DNA from: Corallococcus caeni
Lineage (GTDB): Bacteria; Myxococcota; Myxococcia; Myxococcales; Myxococcaceae
Length of the DNA stretch: 64,000 nt
Assembly (NCBI RefSeq): GCF_036245885.1
Contig: NZ_BTTX01000008.1
Direction: 5' to 3' (one strand)
A program made the translations under genes and the position numbers. Below the pieces are notes generated by a model. The model was not told the origin of the DNA. It worked only from the letters and a program-made list of their open reading frames with translations, and did no database searches. This document shows positions 1 to 10,349 of the stretch, piece after piece; position 1 is the stretch's first letter; every line of letters begins with the position of its first letter.

Positions 1-1515
1 CGGCTCCAGCCGGTGGGTCAGGTGTGGAACCGCTTCCCCCGGCTCGTGCGCGAGCTGGCGCACGGGTGCGGCAAGCAGGTGCGGCTGCAGCTCCACGGCG
101 CGGACACGGAGCTGGACAAGACGCTGGTGGAGGCGCTGCATGATCCGCTCACCCACCTGTTGCGCAACGCCGTGGACCACGGCGTGGAGACGCCCGAGCA
201 GCGGCGCGAAGCGGGCAAGCCGCCCGTGGGATGCCTGACGCTGAGCGCGTCGCACGAGGGCGGGCTCGTGCACCTGGGCATGTCCGACGACGGCGCGGGC
301 ATCGACGTGCAGCGCGTGCGGCAGGTCGCGGTGCAGCGCGGCCTGCTCACGGCCGACCAGGCGGCGCGGATGCCGGACGCGGACGCGCTGATGCTCATCT
401 TCATGCCGGGCTTCAGCACCGCGGAGCGCGTCACGTCGCTGTCCGGCCGGGGCGTGGGCATGGACGTGGTGCGCACGCAGGTGGAGCGCATCGGCGGCAC
501 CGTGGAGGTGCACAGCCGGCCCGGTCAGGGCACGACGTTCACCCTGAAGATTCCCCTCACGCTGGCCATCATCCCGGCGCTGCTCGTGACGTGCCGGGGT
601 GACCGCTACGCGCTGCCGCAGGCCTCCCTGCGGGAGGTGGTGTGGCTGGAGCCGGCGCAGGCCCGCAGGGACATCAGCCGCATCCAGGGCGCCTGCGTGC
701 TCCGGCTGCGCGGAGAGCTGCTGCCGCTGGTGGTGCTGGCCTCCGAGCTGGGCGTGGGGCCCGCGACGCCGGAGCTGGACGAGGGCGCCACCATCGTCGT
801 GTTGCAGGCCGGGGAGCGCGCCTTCGGGCTGTGGGTGGACGCCATCCACGACACGGAGGAGATCGTCGTCAAGCCGCTGTGGAAGCACCTGAAGGGGCTG
901 GCCTGCTACGCTGGCGCGACGGTGCTGGGCGACGGGCGCGTGGCGCTCATCCTGGACGCCATGGGGCTGGGCCGCCGCGTGGGCACCGTCGCGGAGGCGC
1001 AGGCCCAGGTCGTCGTCCCCGAGGCCGCTCCGGAAACGCCCCGCCCCGAGGACGCGCGCGAGCGGGTGCTGCTGTGCCGCACCGGCGCGGAGGGCCGCGT
1101 GGCCATCCCGCTGTCCCGCGTGGCGCGGCTGGAGGAGCTGCCCGCGTCGGACGTGGAGCGGCTGAGCGGGGGCATGGAGATGGCGCGCTATCACGGCCAG
1201 CTGCTGCCGCTGGTGCGCGTGGCCTCCGTCCTGGAGGCGAGGCCCGGCGCGACGGAGCGGCTCACGCAGGGCCTCCAGGTCGCCTTCGGCGAGTCGCTGT
1301 CCGTCGTCGTCGCCACGCACTCGGACACGCGCGTGGGGCTGGTGGTGGACGCCATCCTCGACGTCGCGGAGGTGGAGCTTTCGCTCCAGCGTGAGACGCG
1401 CCGCCCGGGCGTGCTGGGCTCCATGGTGGTGCAGAGCCGGGCCACCGAGTTCCTGGACGTGGAGGGCACCGTGCGCGCCGTGCACCCGGAGCTGCTGACG
1501 GGCGGTGCGCCGTGA
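1..1515 (+). CDS. cheA: Chemotaxis histidine kinase CheA, C-terminal part (5' end outside window): HATPase_c domain followed by CheW-like domain(s)
   Basis: Translation contains the CheA ATP-binding motifs ([15 protein letters not shown]; GRGVGMDVV...[17 protein letters not shown]) then CheW-like segments. The frame is open from window position 1. The stop overlaps the next start (ATGA). Confidence 0.85.
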   Translation, partial: RLQPVGQVWNRFPRLVRELAHGCGKQVRLQLHGADTELDKTLVEALHDPLTHLLRNAVDHGVETPEQRREAGKPPVGCLTLSASHEGGLVHLGMSDDGAGIDVQRVRQVAVQRGLLTADQAARMPDADALMLIFMPGFSTAERVTSLSGRGVGMDVVRTQVERIGGTVEVHSRPGQGTTFTLKIPLTLAIIPALLVTCRGDRYALPQASLREVVWLEPAQARRDISRIQGACVLRLRGELLPLVVLASELGVGPATPELDEGATIVVLQAGERAFGLWVDAIHDTEEIVVKPLWKHLKGLACYAGATVLGDGRVALILDAMGLGRRVGTVAEAQAQVVVPEAAPETPRPEDARERVLLCRTGAEGRVAIPLSRVARLEELPASDVERLSGGMEMARYHGQLLPLVRVASVLEARPGATERLTQGLQVAFGESLSVVVATHSDTRVGLVVDAILDVAEVELSLQRETRRPGVLGSMVVQSRATEFLDVEGTVRAVHPELLTGGAP

Positions 1516-2000
1516 GCGCCTTCCGCCAGCTGTGCTCGTTCCAGGTGGGGGACCACCTGTTCGGCCTGGACATCGAACGCGTGCAGGAGATCTTGCTGCC
1601 ACCCCCGCTCACGCGCGTGCCCGGTGCGCCTCCGGAGGTCGCGGGGTTGCTCAACCTGCGCGGGCAGATCGTCCCCGCCATCGACCTGCGCCGCCGCCTG
1701 GACCTGCCCGACGGCGCCGCCCCCACGGACGCGCCCCACGTCGTCCTGCGCGGCGACGAAGGCGCGGTGAGCCTCCGCGTGGATGCCATTGGCGACATCC
1801 TCCCCTTCGAGCAGTCGGACCTGGCGCCGCTGCCGGACAACCTGCGCGGACCCCTGCGTTCGATGCTCCTGGGTGTCCATGCGCTGCCGGACCGGCTGCT
1901 GCTCGTGTTGTCCGCGGACGCGGTGGTGGACGGGCTCGCGCCCGCATCCAGCGCGTCCGCCTCCCCTTCCTTCCCCGTGCTTCCCCAGGAGTCCCGCTGA
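1512..2000 (+). CDS. cheW: CheW-like coupling protein
   Basis: 162 aa with CheW-type sequence ([47 protein letters not shown]). Start overlaps the cheA stop and its own stop overlaps the next start, both as ATGA. Confidence 0.85.
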   Translation: MSAFRQLCSFQVGDHLFGLDIERVQEILLPPPLTRVPGAPPEVAGLLNLRGQIVPAIDLRRRLDLPDGAAPTDAPHVVLRGDEGAVSLRVDAIGDILPFEQSDLAPLPDNLRGPLRSMLLGVHALPDRLLLVLSADAVVDGLAPASSASASPSFPVLPQESR

Positions 2001-4051
2001 TGGCCCGCCCTACCGCGCCCGCCGTGAAAGCCACCCTCTTCCAGCGCCTGGGCGGCAAGGCCCCCCTGACGGCCGCCGTGCAGAAGCTCTACGCGCGGGT
2101 GATGACGGACGCGCTGCTCAAGCCCTTCTTCCGCCGCGCGGACCTGGTCCAGTTGCAGCGCCAGATGGTCGCGTTCCTCACCCAGCACCTGGGCGGCCCG
2201 GCCGTCTATCGCGGCCCGTCGATGCGCGAGGTGCACGCGCGCATGGCGCTGAAGCCCCACCACTTCGAGCGCGTCGCCGAACACCTGGCCACCGTGCTGG
2301 ATGAGCTGGACGTGCCGGGCCCCGTCGCCCGCGAGCTGCTGGCGGCGGTGGGGACGCCGCAAGAGGACAGCGTCAGCAGGCCCGCGTCGAAGCGCGCCCC
2401 GGCGCGTGCCTCCCGCACGGAGGGACGCAGGGTCGCCGTGGCGTCCGTGCCCGCGGCCCGCTCCTCCCGCCGCCGCGCGGCCACGCCGCTCGAGGGCGCC
2501 TTCAACGAGACGCTGCTCAACGCGGCGCGGGTCAACCTGTTCGTCCTGGACGCGGACCTGGGCATCGTCTTCATCAACGCGGCCGCCACGGAGGCCCTCG
2601 CGCGCATCAGCGACGGCGCGGAGGACCGCGACTTCCTCGCCCACTTCGAGCATCAGCTGCGGCTGGAGGAGGACCGGCTGGGCACGCCGTCCGCGCTGCC
2701 GTACGAGACCACCTTCGCGGCGGGCCCCACCCTGCTCAAGGTCCACGTCGACGGCATCGAGGGCCGGGGCGGAGCGCTCACCGGCTACGTGGTGACGTGG
2801 ACGGACATCACGGATCAGCAGCGCGTGGACACGGAGATGGCGCGGCTGAGGGCCATGCTGGAGAACGCGCCCACCTGCGTGATGGCGGCCGACAAGGACC
2901 TGAAGATCGTCTACCTGAACCCCGCCTCGCGCCGGCTGTTGCAGCGGGTGGAGAAGCACCTGCCCGTCAGCGCGGACCGGGTGCTGGGGTCCACCATCGA
3001 CGTCTTCCACCGCGACTCGGCGTACCAGCGGAAGATCCTGTCCAACGACAAGAACCTGCCGGTGCGCGCGAACATCCCCATCGGGCCGGAGGTCGCGGAC
3101 CTGCTGGTGACCGCGGTGTACGACGGCCAGGGCCGCTACCTGGGCCCCATGGTGACGTGGGAGCTCATCACGGAGAAGCTCGCGGTGCAGAAGCGGGAGC
3201 AGGACCTGGACAGCACGCTGCGCGGTATCTTCCAGGAGGTGACGCAGCACTCGCAGACGCTCGCGGCGTCGTCGCAGGAGCTGTCCAGCGTCAGCCAGCA
3301 GATGGTGAGCAACGCGCAGGAGACCGCGGCGCAGGCCACCCAGGTGTCCGCCGGCGCTGAACAGGTCAGCCGCAACGTGCAGAGCGTCGCGTCCGGCATG
3401 GAGGAGGTCAACGCGAACATCCGCGAGGTGGCGCGCAACGCGAGCACCGCCGCCAAGGTGGCGTCGTCCGCCGTCAAGCTGGCGGACACCACGTCCATCC
3501 TCGTCGGCAAGCTGGGGACCAGCAGCCAGGACATCGGCAAGGTCATCAAGGTCATCACCTCCATCGCTCAGCAGACCAACCTGCTCGCGCTCAACGCGAC
3601 CATCGAGGCGGCGCGCGCGGGCGAGGCGGGCCGGGGCTTCGCGGTGGTGGCCAACGAGGTGAAGGAGCTGGCGCGCGAGACGGCCCGCGCCACCGAGGAC
3701 ATCGGCCAGCGGATCGGCAGCATCCAGGGCGACACCGAGGAGGTGGTCAACGCCATCCTGGAGATCGGCGCCACCATCGGCCGCATCAACGAATTGCAGA
3801 CGTCCATCGCCTCGTCGGTGGAGGAGCAGACGGCGACCGCGGGGGAGATCCTGCGCAACGTGGGCGAGGCCGCCAAGGGCAGCCAGCAGATCTCCGAGAA
3901 CATGGCCGCCGTGGCGGAGGCCGCGCGCAGCACCACCGAGGGCGCGGGCAGCACGCAGCGCTCGGCGGTGGAGCTGGCCCACATGGCGCAGTCGCTGCAA
4001 CGGCTGGTCGTGCAGGTGGACACCACGGACAAGCAGGCGCGGGCGAAGTAG
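2000..4051 (+). CDS. Methyl-accepting chemotaxis protein with N-terminal truncated-hemoglobin (group I trHb) domain and PAS-like middle region
   Basis: N-terminus matches the trHb pattern (FQRLGG...[48 protein letters not shown]). C-terminus has the MCP signalling domain ([32 protein letters not shown]). ATG at 2000 overlaps the cheW stop. Only this internal ATG was checked against the longer six-frame ORF starting at 1505. Confidence 0.8.
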   Translation: MARPTAPAVKATLFQRLGGKAPLTAAVQKLYARVMTDALLKPFFRRADLVQLQRQMVAFLTQHLGGPAVYRGPSMREVHARMALKPHHFERVAEHLATVLDELDVPGPVARELLAAVGTPQEDSVSRPASKRAPARASRTEGRRVAVASVPAARSSRRRAATPLEGAFNETLLNAARVNLFVLDADLGIVFINAAATEALARISDGAEDRDFLAHFEHQLRLEEDRLGTPSALPYETTFAAGPTLLKVHVDGIEGRGGALTGYVVTWTDITDQQRVDTEMARLRAMLENAPTCVMAADKDLKIVYLNPASRRLLQRVEKHLPVSADRVLGSTIDVFHRDSAYQRKILSNDKNLPVRANIPIGPEVADLLVTAVYDGQGRYLGPMVTWELITEKLAVQKREQDLDSTLRGIFQEVTQHSQTLAASSQELSSVSQQMVSNAQETAAQATQVSAGAEQVSRNVQSVASGMEEVNANIREVARNASTAAKVASSAVKLADTTSILVGKLGTSSQDIGKVIKVITSIAQQTNLLALNATIEAARAGEAGRGFAVVANEVKELARETARATEDIGQRIGSIQGDTEEVVNAILEIGATIGRINELQTSIASSVEEQTATAGEILRNVGEAAKGSQQISENMAAVAEAARSTTEGAGSTQRSAVELAHMAQSLQRLVVQVDTTDKQARAK

Positions 4052-4085
4052 CGCGGGCCGCTGCAAGCCCTGGGAGCCACGGCAC

Positions 4086-5615
4086 GTGCGGATCGGATTG
4101 AAGCGGTGGTGGGAGCTGGGCCAGGTGGCCCGCGCCTCCACGCGCCTGCGGCGGGTGTCCCGTCCCCAGGACGAGGAGCGCGTGCGGCGCGAGCTGACCC
4201 AGCGGCTCCTGGGACTGCGGGGACTGCCCCAGAAGGTGGGCCAGGTGCTCACGCTCGCGGAGCTGGGCGCGGAGACGCCGGGGTTCGGTTCGCTCGCGGA
4301 GGCGCCCTCCCCGCTCGCGCCGGAGGACGCGCTGGCGGAGGTGTCCCGACGACTGGGCCGCCCCTGGCAGGAGGTGTTCACGTCGCTGGAGGGCGTGGGC
4401 CTCGCCGCGTCGCTGGGGCAGGTGCACCGGGGCGTGCTGCGCGACGGGCGCGCCGTGGCGGTGAAGCTGCGGCACCCGGGCATCGCGGAGGCCGTGCGGG
4501 ATGATCTGCGCGCGTTGGGCTGGCTGGCCGCGCCGCTGGGGGGCTGGCGCGGGAAGCTGGACATGTCCGCCTACCGCCATGAGCTGGCCCGGATGCTCCA
4601 GGGCGAGCTGGACTACCACCACGAGGCCCAGGCCCTGCGGGACGCGGGCGCGCGCATGGCGGACGTGCCGGGCGTCGTCGTCCCCGTGCCGGTGGACGCG
4701 CTCACCCGTGAAGACCTGCTGGTGATGAGCTGGGTGGAGGGCGCCTCGCTCGCGGACGGCTGGCGCTGGAGCGAAGCGGACCGCCGGGCGCTGTCCACCA
4801 CGCTGATCCGGCTGTTCCTCCACGGCTGCTTCATCTGGGGCGCGCTCCACGCGGATCCGCACCCGGGCAACTACCGCGTGTCCCGGGGGCCGGACGGCAA
4901 GCCCGTGCTGGGGGTGCTCGACTTCGGCTGCGTGAAGCCGCTGCCGCCGGAGCTGGCCGTGGGACTGGGGCGGTTGATCTCCCTCCTCCGGGCTCCGAAC
5001 GCCACGCCGCACCCGGAGCAGCTGCTGTCCGCGTGGGTGATGCTGGGCTTCACGCCGGAGCTGCTGGAGCCCATGACGGAAGCGCTGCCCGCCGTGAGCC
5101 GCGTGCTGCTGGAGCCCTTCCTCCGGGAGGGTCCCTTCCACGCGAGGAGCTGGCGGCTGGGAGCGCGGCTCACCGAGGCGCTGGGGCCGCACCGCTGGAA
5201 CTTCCGCGCGGCCGGGCCCGCGTCGCTGCTGTTCGTCCTGCGTGCGTTCCACGGGCTGGTGCGCCACCTGGACGTGCTGGATACGCCCATCGCCTGGGGG
5301 CCGCTGCTGGACGAGGCCCGTGCGCCATCGCTGCCCCCGCCGCCGTCGCCGCCCGAGACGTGGGTCGAAGGCACCGCGCGCTACCTGAAGGTCCGCGTGA
5401 CGGAAGCGGGGCACACGCGCGTCGCGCTGACCTTCCGCGCGGACGTGACGGCGCACCTGGAAGACCTGTTGCCGGAGGACCTGCCGCGCAAGCTCGCGGC
5501 GCGGGGCCTGGATCCGGTCGCCATCGGCGCGGCGGCAGTCGCGGCGGGGCTGCGGCCGGCGGAGCTGTTCCACCTGGACGAGGGCGACCGCCACGTCCGG
5601 GTCTGGCTCGAATGA
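4086..5615 (+). CDS. ABC1/UbiB (ADCK) family atypical protein kinase
   Basis: Motifs LGQVHRGVLRDGRAVAVKLRHPG and HADPHPGNYRV are typical of the ABC1/aarF kinase family. Lies between mcp and cheB. Confidence 0.7.
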   Translation: MRIGLKRWWELGQVARASTRLRRVSRPQDEERVRRELTQRLLGLRGLPQKVGQVLTLAELGAETPGFGSLAEAPSPLAPEDALAEVSRRLGRPWQEVFTSLEGVGLAASLGQVHRGVLRDGRAVAVKLRHPGIAEAVRDDLRALGWLAAPLGGWRGKLDMSAYRHELARMLQGELDYHHEAQALRDAGARMADVPGVVVPVPVDALTREDLLVMSWVEGASLADGWRWSEADRRALSTTLIRLFLHGCFIWGALHADPHPGNYRVSRGPDGKPVLGVLDFGCVKPLPPELAVGLGRLISLLRAPNATPHPEQLLSAWVMLGFTPELLEPMTEALPAVSRVLLEPFLREGPFHARSWRLGARLTEALGPHRWNFRAAGPASLLFVLRAFHGLVRHLDVLDTPIAWGPLLDEARAPSLPPPPSPPETWVEGTARYLKVRVTEAGHTRVALTFRADVTAHLEDLLPEDLPRKLAARGLDPVAIGAAAVAAGLRPAELFHLDEGDRHVRVWLE

Positions 5616-5637
5616 AAGACAGACAAGGAGGTGACGG

Positions 5638-5973
5638 ATGGTCACCATCGGCATGAACTACGAGGTGCGTGAGGGCAAGGCGGAGGCCTTCGAGCGGAAG
5701 TTCGCGCTCGTCCTGGAGGCGATGCGGACGCTGCCGGCGCACGCGCACACGGAGCTGTTCAAGAGCGTGGGGGCGCCGGGGCGCTACCTCATCGTCTCCG
5801 AGTGGCACAGCCGCGAGGGCTTCGACGCCTTCGTCGCGTCCGAGGCCTTCCACCGCGTGACGGACTGGGGCGCGAGCGCCATCCTCGCGAGCCGGCCGCG
5901 CCACGAGGTGTATGGCGATGCGGCCTCCAGCGCCCCCGCGGGCCGCTGCCCGGTCGCGCACGCGGTCCGGTGA
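5638..5973 (+). CDS. ABM (antibiotic biosynthesis monooxygenase) domain protein
   Basis: 111 aa with the ferredoxin-like ABM signature (VTIGMNYEVREGKAEAFE...YLIVSEWHSREGFDAFVASEAF). Upstream GGAGG Shine-Dalgarno. Confidence 0.65.
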   Translation: MVTIGMNYEVREGKAEAFERKFALVLEAMRTLPAHAHTELFKSVGAPGRYLIVSEWHSREGFDAFVASEAFHRVTDWGASAILASRPRHEVYGDAASSAPAGRCPVAHAVR

Positions 5974-5984
5974 CGCGAGTGCGA

Positions 5985-7049
5985 ATGAACCCCATCCGGG
6001 TCCTGGTGGTGGACGACGCGGCCGTGGTGCGGCGGCAGGTGTCGCTGCTGCTGGACGCGGATCCAGGCCTGGAGGTCGTCGCCACCGCGCCCAACGGCCG
6101 CATCGCGCTGGCGAAGGTGGAGCAGTTCCAGCCGGACGTGGTGCTGCTGGACCTGGAGATGCCGGAGCTGGACGGGCTGGAGACGCTGAAGCTCCTGCGC
6201 CAGCGCGCCCCGGACCTGCCCGTGGTGATGTTCAGCGCGCTCACCGAACGCGCCGGCATGCTGACCCTGGAGGCGCTCGCGCTGGGAGCCCGCGACTACG
6301 TGACGAAGCCCACCTCCGCGGGCGGAATGAACATCACGGTGGAGGCCGTGCGGGACGAGTTGGTGCGCAAGCTCAAGGCGCTCAACCTTCGCCCCTCTTC
6401 CGCCACGATGTTGCCGTTCCCCGTGACGCGCGCACCCCAGCCCCGGCCGCTGGTGCCCGCGCGGGTGGAGGCCATCGTCATCGGCGCGTCCACGGGAGGC
6501 CCGGGTGCGCTGGTGCGCGTGGTGTCCGCGCTGCCAGCGGACCTCCCGGTGCCGGTGCTCGTCGTGCAGCACATGCCGCCCCTCTTCACGCGGCTGCTCG
6601 CGGAGCGGTTGCAGGGCGTGAGCCCGCTCCGCGTGCGCGAGGCCGTGACGGGTGCGTCCGTGCACGCCGGCCAGGTGTGGGTGGCCCCCGGGGACTTCCA
6701 CCTGGCCGTGTGCCGGGACGCGACGGGCGTGCGGCTGCTCACGCACCAGGGGCCGGCGGAGAACGCGTGCCGTCCGGCGGTGGACCTGCTCTTCCGCTCG
6801 GCGGCGGAGGTGTACGGCGCGGGGGTGCTGGCGGTGGTGCTCACCGGCATGGGCCAGGACGGGCTGCGCGGCTGCCGCAAGGTGAGCGAGGCGGGCGGTC
6901 AGGTGGTGGTGCAGGACCAGGCCAGCTGCGTCATCGGCAGCATGCCGGGCGCGGTGGAGCAGGCAGGGCTCGCGGATGCGGTGGTGCCCCTGGACGCCCT
7001 GGCCCTGGAGCTGGTGCGGCGCGTGGATCCACGCGGACGGAGGACCTGA
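5985..7049 (+). CDS. cheB: Chemotaxis response regulator protein-glutamate methylesterase CheB
   Basis: REC domain (RVLVVDDAAVVRRQ...DVVLLDLEMPELDG) plus methylesterase domain (GASTGGPGAL...VVQHMPPLFT...GMGQDG). The start is an internal ATG of a longer ORF. Confidence 0.85.
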   Translation: MNPIRVLVVDDAAVVRRQVSLLLDADPGLEVVATAPNGRIALAKVEQFQPDVVLLDLEMPELDGLETLKLLRQRAPDLPVVMFSALTERAGMLTLEALALGARDYVTKPTSAGGMNITVEAVRDELVRKLKALNLRPSSATMLPFPVTRAPQPRPLVPARVEAIVIGASTGGPGALVRVVSALPADLPVPVLVVQHMPPLFTRLLAERLQGVSPLRVREAVTGASVHAGQVWVAPGDFHLAVCRDATGVRLLTHQGPAENACRPAVDLLFRSAAEVYGAGVLAVVLTGMGQDGLRGCRKVSEAGGQVVVQDQASCVIGSMPGAVEQAGLADAVVPLDALALELVRRVDPRGRRT

Positions 7050-7051
7050 GC

Positions 7052-7945
7052 ATGTCCCTGCTTGCCGACGACTTCGCGTACCTGCGGCAGCGCGTGCTGC
7101 GCCGCTCCGGGCTCGTGCTGGAGCCCGACATGCACGCGCTGGTGGAGACGCGGCTCATGTCGCTCCTGCGCGAGGAGCGGCTGCCGGACATCTCCGCCCT
7201 GGTCGCGCGGCTGCGCTCACAGCCGGAGAGCAGCCCGCTCCACCAGCGGCTGGCGGAGGCGCTGGCCAACCACGAGACGGCCTTCTTCCGCGACGCGCCC
7301 GTGTTCGACGCCCTGCGCTCCACGGTCCTGCCCGCCCTGCTGGCGAAGCGCTCCCGCACGCGCACGCTGCGCATCTGGTGCGCGGCGTGCGCCTACGGCC
7401 AGGAGCCCTACAGCATCGCGATGACGCTGGCGGAGGCCGGGCTGCTGATCACCGGCTGGACGGTGCGCATCCTCGCCACCGACTTCTCCGCGCGCGCGCT
7501 CGTGCGCGCCAGCGAGGCCCGCTACGACGCGCAGGAGATCCACCGGGGCCTGACGCCGGAGCTGCGCCAGCGCTACTTCCGCCCGGAGCGCGACGGGTGG
7601 CGGCTGAACGAACAGGTGCGCAGGCCGGTGGAGCTGCGGCCGCTCAACCTGATGGACGACTTCCCACCGGAGGCGCCGGTGGACCTCGTCTTCCTTCGCA
7701 ACGTGATGATCTACTGGGACGTGCCCACCCGGCGCGCGGTGCTCGCCCGCGTGCGGCGGATGCTCCACGCGGATGGCTACCTGGTGCTGGGCGCCGCGGA
7801 GGCCTCGCCCCTGGTGGAGGACGGCTTCACGCGGCACCTGATTGGTCAGACCAGCTGGTACCGCCCCACGCCCGCGCCCCACGCCAGCGCGAGCGCGCCG
7901 GTGGAGGACGCGCCGCGCCCGCCCCGCTCCGGCGCTAGACCTTGA
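7052..7945 (+). CDS. cheR: Chemotaxis protein methyltransferase CheR
   Basis: CheR N- and C-terminal domains (ETAFFRDAPVFDALRSTVLP...RIWCAACAYGQEPYSIAM...VFLRNVMIYWD). ATG 2 nt after the cheB stop. Confidence 0.85.
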   Translation: MSLLADDFAYLRQRVLRRSGLVLEPDMHALVETRLMSLLREERLPDISALVARLRSQPESSPLHQRLAEALANHETAFFRDAPVFDALRSTVLPALLAKRSRTRTLRIWCAACAYGQEPYSIAMTLAEAGLLITGWTVRILATDFSARALVRASEARYDAQEIHRGLTPELRQRYFRPERDGWRLNEQVRRPVELRPLNLMDDFPPEAPVDLVFLRNVMIYWDVPTRRAVLARVRRMLHADGYLVLGAAEASPLVEDGFTRHLIGQTSWYRPTPAPHASASAPVEDAPRPPRSGARP

Positions 7946-8855
7946 GGCGGATGGCGCCGGGCAATATCGTCATGGTGCAGGGCAGCCGGCCCGGCGTCTC
8001 GCCGTCCACGTCCAGGAACACGTCGCCGTCCTCCGACTCCGCGTGGATGGTGCGGCAGCGCAGCCGCCGCGTGCCCTTCCAGGTGACGTGGTCGCCGTTG
8101 TAGACGCCCTTGGACTTGAGGACGAAGTCGGACAGGCCGTAGTTGGACCAGATGGTGACGTCGAAGAGGCCGTCGTGCGTCACCGCGTCGGGCGCGACGA
8201 ACATGCCGCTGCCGAAGTAGCGCCCGTTGGCCACGGCCACCGCGGTGACGCTCACCGTCTCCGGGGGGCCGCCATCCACCGTGAGGCGCACCTGCCGCTC
8301 CTGGTACTTCAGGAGGCCCTTCACGGTGCCCCACATGAAGCTCAGGTTGCCGCCCAGCGCCTTGCTGCCCTGGTTCACCTCGCGGGCCACCACCGCGCTC
8401 ACGCCGAACGAGGCGATGTTGGCGAAGAAGCGCGTGGCCGGGTTGCCGTCGTTGTCGATGAACTCCAGCCGCCCCACGTCGAAGGGCTCCGTCTTCTCCG
8501 TGCGCAGCCGCTCCAGCGCGGACGTCAGCTCCAGGTCCCACCCGAAGGTGCGGCGGAAGTCGCCGCCGGTGCCCCGGGGCAGCAGGGCCAGCGTGGCCTG
8601 CGGGTTGATGACCTGCCCGTCGCGGAAGAAGCCGTTGGTGACCTCGTTGAGGGTGCCGTCGCCGCCCACCGCGACGATGCACTCATAGCCGTCGTCGATG
8701 GCCTGCCGCGCCAGACGCGCCGCATCCATGCCGCCGCTGGTGAAGCCGTGCCCGAACTCACCGAGCACCTTGCCCACCAGCGCGGAGATCTCCACCCAGC
8801 GCTTCCCCGTCTGCCCGTTGGCGCTGCGCGGGTTGACCACGAGGAACGTCTTCAT
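7935..8855 (-). CDS. Diacylglycerol/lipid kinase catalytic-domain protein (YegS/DAGK_cat family)
   Basis: MKTFLVVNPRSANGQTG...IVAVGGDGTLNEVTNGF is the DAGK_cat signature. Convergent with cheR, with an 11-nt overlap. Confidence 0.75.
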   Translation of the reverse strand: MKTFLVVNPRSANGQTGKRWVEISALVGKVLGEFGHGFTSGGMDAARLARQAIDDGYECIVAVGGDGTLNEVTNGFFRDGQVINPQATLALLPRGTGGDFRRTFGWDLELTSALERLRTEKTEPFDVGRLEFIDNDGNPATRFFANIASFGVSAVVAREVNQGSKALGGNLSFMWGTVKGLLKYQERQVRLTVDGGPPETVSVTAVAVANGRYFGSGMFVAPDAVTHDGLFDVTIWSNYGLSDFVLKSKGVYNGDHVTWKGTRRLRCRTIHAESEDGDVFLDVDGETPGRLPCTMTILPGAIRLKV

Positions 8856-8916
8856 TCAGTGCCTTCTCCCTGCGAGAACGGCTTGTTTACGCAATTGTGC
8901 GCCCAGGCTCCACTCC

Positions 8917-9687
8917 ATGACCCACAGGAGGGCCCCGAGGCCCGGGGTGTTTGTCACCCGGACTGCTTCGTGCTGGGCTTCCCGCCCCCCGCTTCACCCC
9001 GGACCCCGAGTGAAAGCCCCCGCCTCCACCGAGCAGCTCGCTCCCCACCGGGAGGCCACGCGCGCCCTGGACTGGGCGCTGCCCGCGCTCCGGGCGGACC
9101 TGGCGGCGGCGGCGAGGCAGCCCTTCCGGGAGACGGGCGCCCAGGAGGACTTCCTCCTCCGCCATGACGCACCAGCCCATGAACCCCAGGGGCCGGCGCG
9201 GACGGAGCGCTTCGAGCGGGCCCTGGGCCGGGTGCGGCGGCTCGCGGACGCGGGCGAGCCGCTGACCTTCCCCCGGATGGTGGAGGTCCAGTCGGAGCTG
9301 CTGGGCGGGCCCACGGGCTTCCGCACCGGGGACGCCTTCGCGTGGGGCGGTGCGCACCGCTACGCGCACGTGCCCGGCCTGGAGGCGGCCTTCCGCGAGA
9401 AGGTGGAGGCGGACGCGCGGGAGGAACGCCATCCGGTGGCGCATGCCACGCGGTTGTACCTGGACCTGTGCTTCTTCCACCCCTTCCCGGACGGCAACGC
9501 CCGCGCGGCGCGGCTGTGGTTGGAATACATGCTGCGCCGGGGCCGGCTGCCCACGCCGCCGCTGGCGCCCGTGGTGCTGTGGCCCAAGCATCCGGGGGAC
9601 GCGGTGAACTACACGCGGCTGGCAAGGCTGCTGGCCCGGAGCATCGCGGGGCCGGACGCCCCGTGCCGCAACGAGGTGCCCGAATGA
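8917..9687 (+). CDS. Fic-domain protein with non-canonical core motif HPFPDGNARAAR
   Basis: Fic core helix YLDLCFFHPFPDGNARAARLWLEY. Candidate starts are the in-frame ATG at 8917 and a GTG at 9010. The stop overlaps the next start (ATGA). Confidence 0.7.
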   Translation: MTHRRAPRPGVFVTRTASCWASRPPLHPGPRVKAPASTEQLAPHREATRALDWALPALRADLAAAARQPFRETGAQEDFLLRHDAPAHEPQGPARTERFERALGRVRRLADAGEPLTFPRMVEVQSELLGGPTGFRTGDAFAWGGAHRYAHVPGLEAAFREKVEADAREERHPVAHATRLYLDLCFFHPFPDGNARAARLWLEYMLRRGRLPTPPLAPVVLWPKHPGDAVNYTRLARLLARSIAGPDAPCRNEVPE

Positions 9688-10349
9688 GCAGCAACGCTTC
9701 GGCTTTCACGTGGCGCCGCATCCGCGACAGCCTGGATGCCTATGCGCCGCAATCCCTGGCGGCTCGGCTGCGGGAGGCCCTGGCCCCCTTGCGGTCCGGC
9801 AGCATCCATCAGGCCCGGCTCAAGCAGGCGAAGAACGCCGTGAAGGACCTGCTCCAGGCCGAACTGGGGCCCTGGTACATCGAGAGCGGACTGCCCCTGG
9901 GCAACGAAGTGCTGGGGGGATATTGCTGGTGTCACTCGTTCTTCAACCAGAACCCGCCGCATCGGACGATGGACGTGGATGCGAACATCCAGCTCATGCT
10001 GGAGGCGCTGGAGCGGATCCGTTCGTTCCTGTACGCGCTGGACGGCGTGTACCAGACCGCGCGCCGTCAGCTCGAGCTGGCGGCTGACGACCAGGCGCTC
10101 CGGGAGAAGGCGCTCGCGGAAGGGCTGGTGCGGACCGTGGAGTTGACGGCGGAGACGACGTCCTGTGAGGAGACCTGGTACCAGGTCGCGCAGGACGCCA
10201 TGTCGTGGTGCATCGAGGCGATGGGGCTGCCCCTGTCGGACGCCACGCAGGAGCAGCTGGACACCGCCTTCGTCTTCGAGTCGTGGATCGCGCCCGCCCC
10301 GGAAGCCCTCCGGACCGCGGCGGCGCGGGTGGCGGAGGTGGCCGTATGA
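9684..10349 (+). CDS. Hypothetical protein, paralog A of an unrecognised family (conserved GGYCWCH / CEE motifs)
   Basis: 221 aa with high third-position GC. Start overlaps the Fic stop and its stop overlaps paralog B's start, both as ATGA. About 45% identical to the downstream ORF. Confidence 0.6.
   Translation: MSSNASAFTWRRIRDSLDAYAPQSLAARLREALAPLRSGSIHQARLKQAKNAVKDLLQAELGPWYIESGLPLGNEVLGGYCWCHSFFNQNPPHRTMDVDANIQLMLEALERIRSFLYALDGVYQTARRQLELAADDQALREKALAEGLVRTVELTAETTSCEETWYQVAQDAMSWCIEAMGLPLSDATQEQLDTAFVFESWIAPAPEALRTAAARVAEVAV

Noticed and set aside
1505-1999. Upstream extension of the MCP ORF (start at 1505) overlapping cheW in another frame
   Set aside because: The extension is Arg/Pro-rich junk. 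The real start is the ATG at 2000 that overlaps the cheW stop and begins the truncated-hemoglobin domain.
1262-4564. 1100-aa minus-strand ORF antisense to cheA/cheW/mcp, plus the many other 100-250-aa Arg/Ala/Pro/Gly-rich ORFs in this region
   Set aside because: Typical high-GC antisense artefacts. Low-complexity Arg/Gly/Pro composition and no domain signatures. The sense-strand genes have clear family motifs.
5912-7050. 5' extension of the cheR ORF (677 aa from 5912) overlapping cheB
   Set aside because: Out-of-frame overlap with a well-supported cheB. The CheR domain begins at the ATG at 7052.
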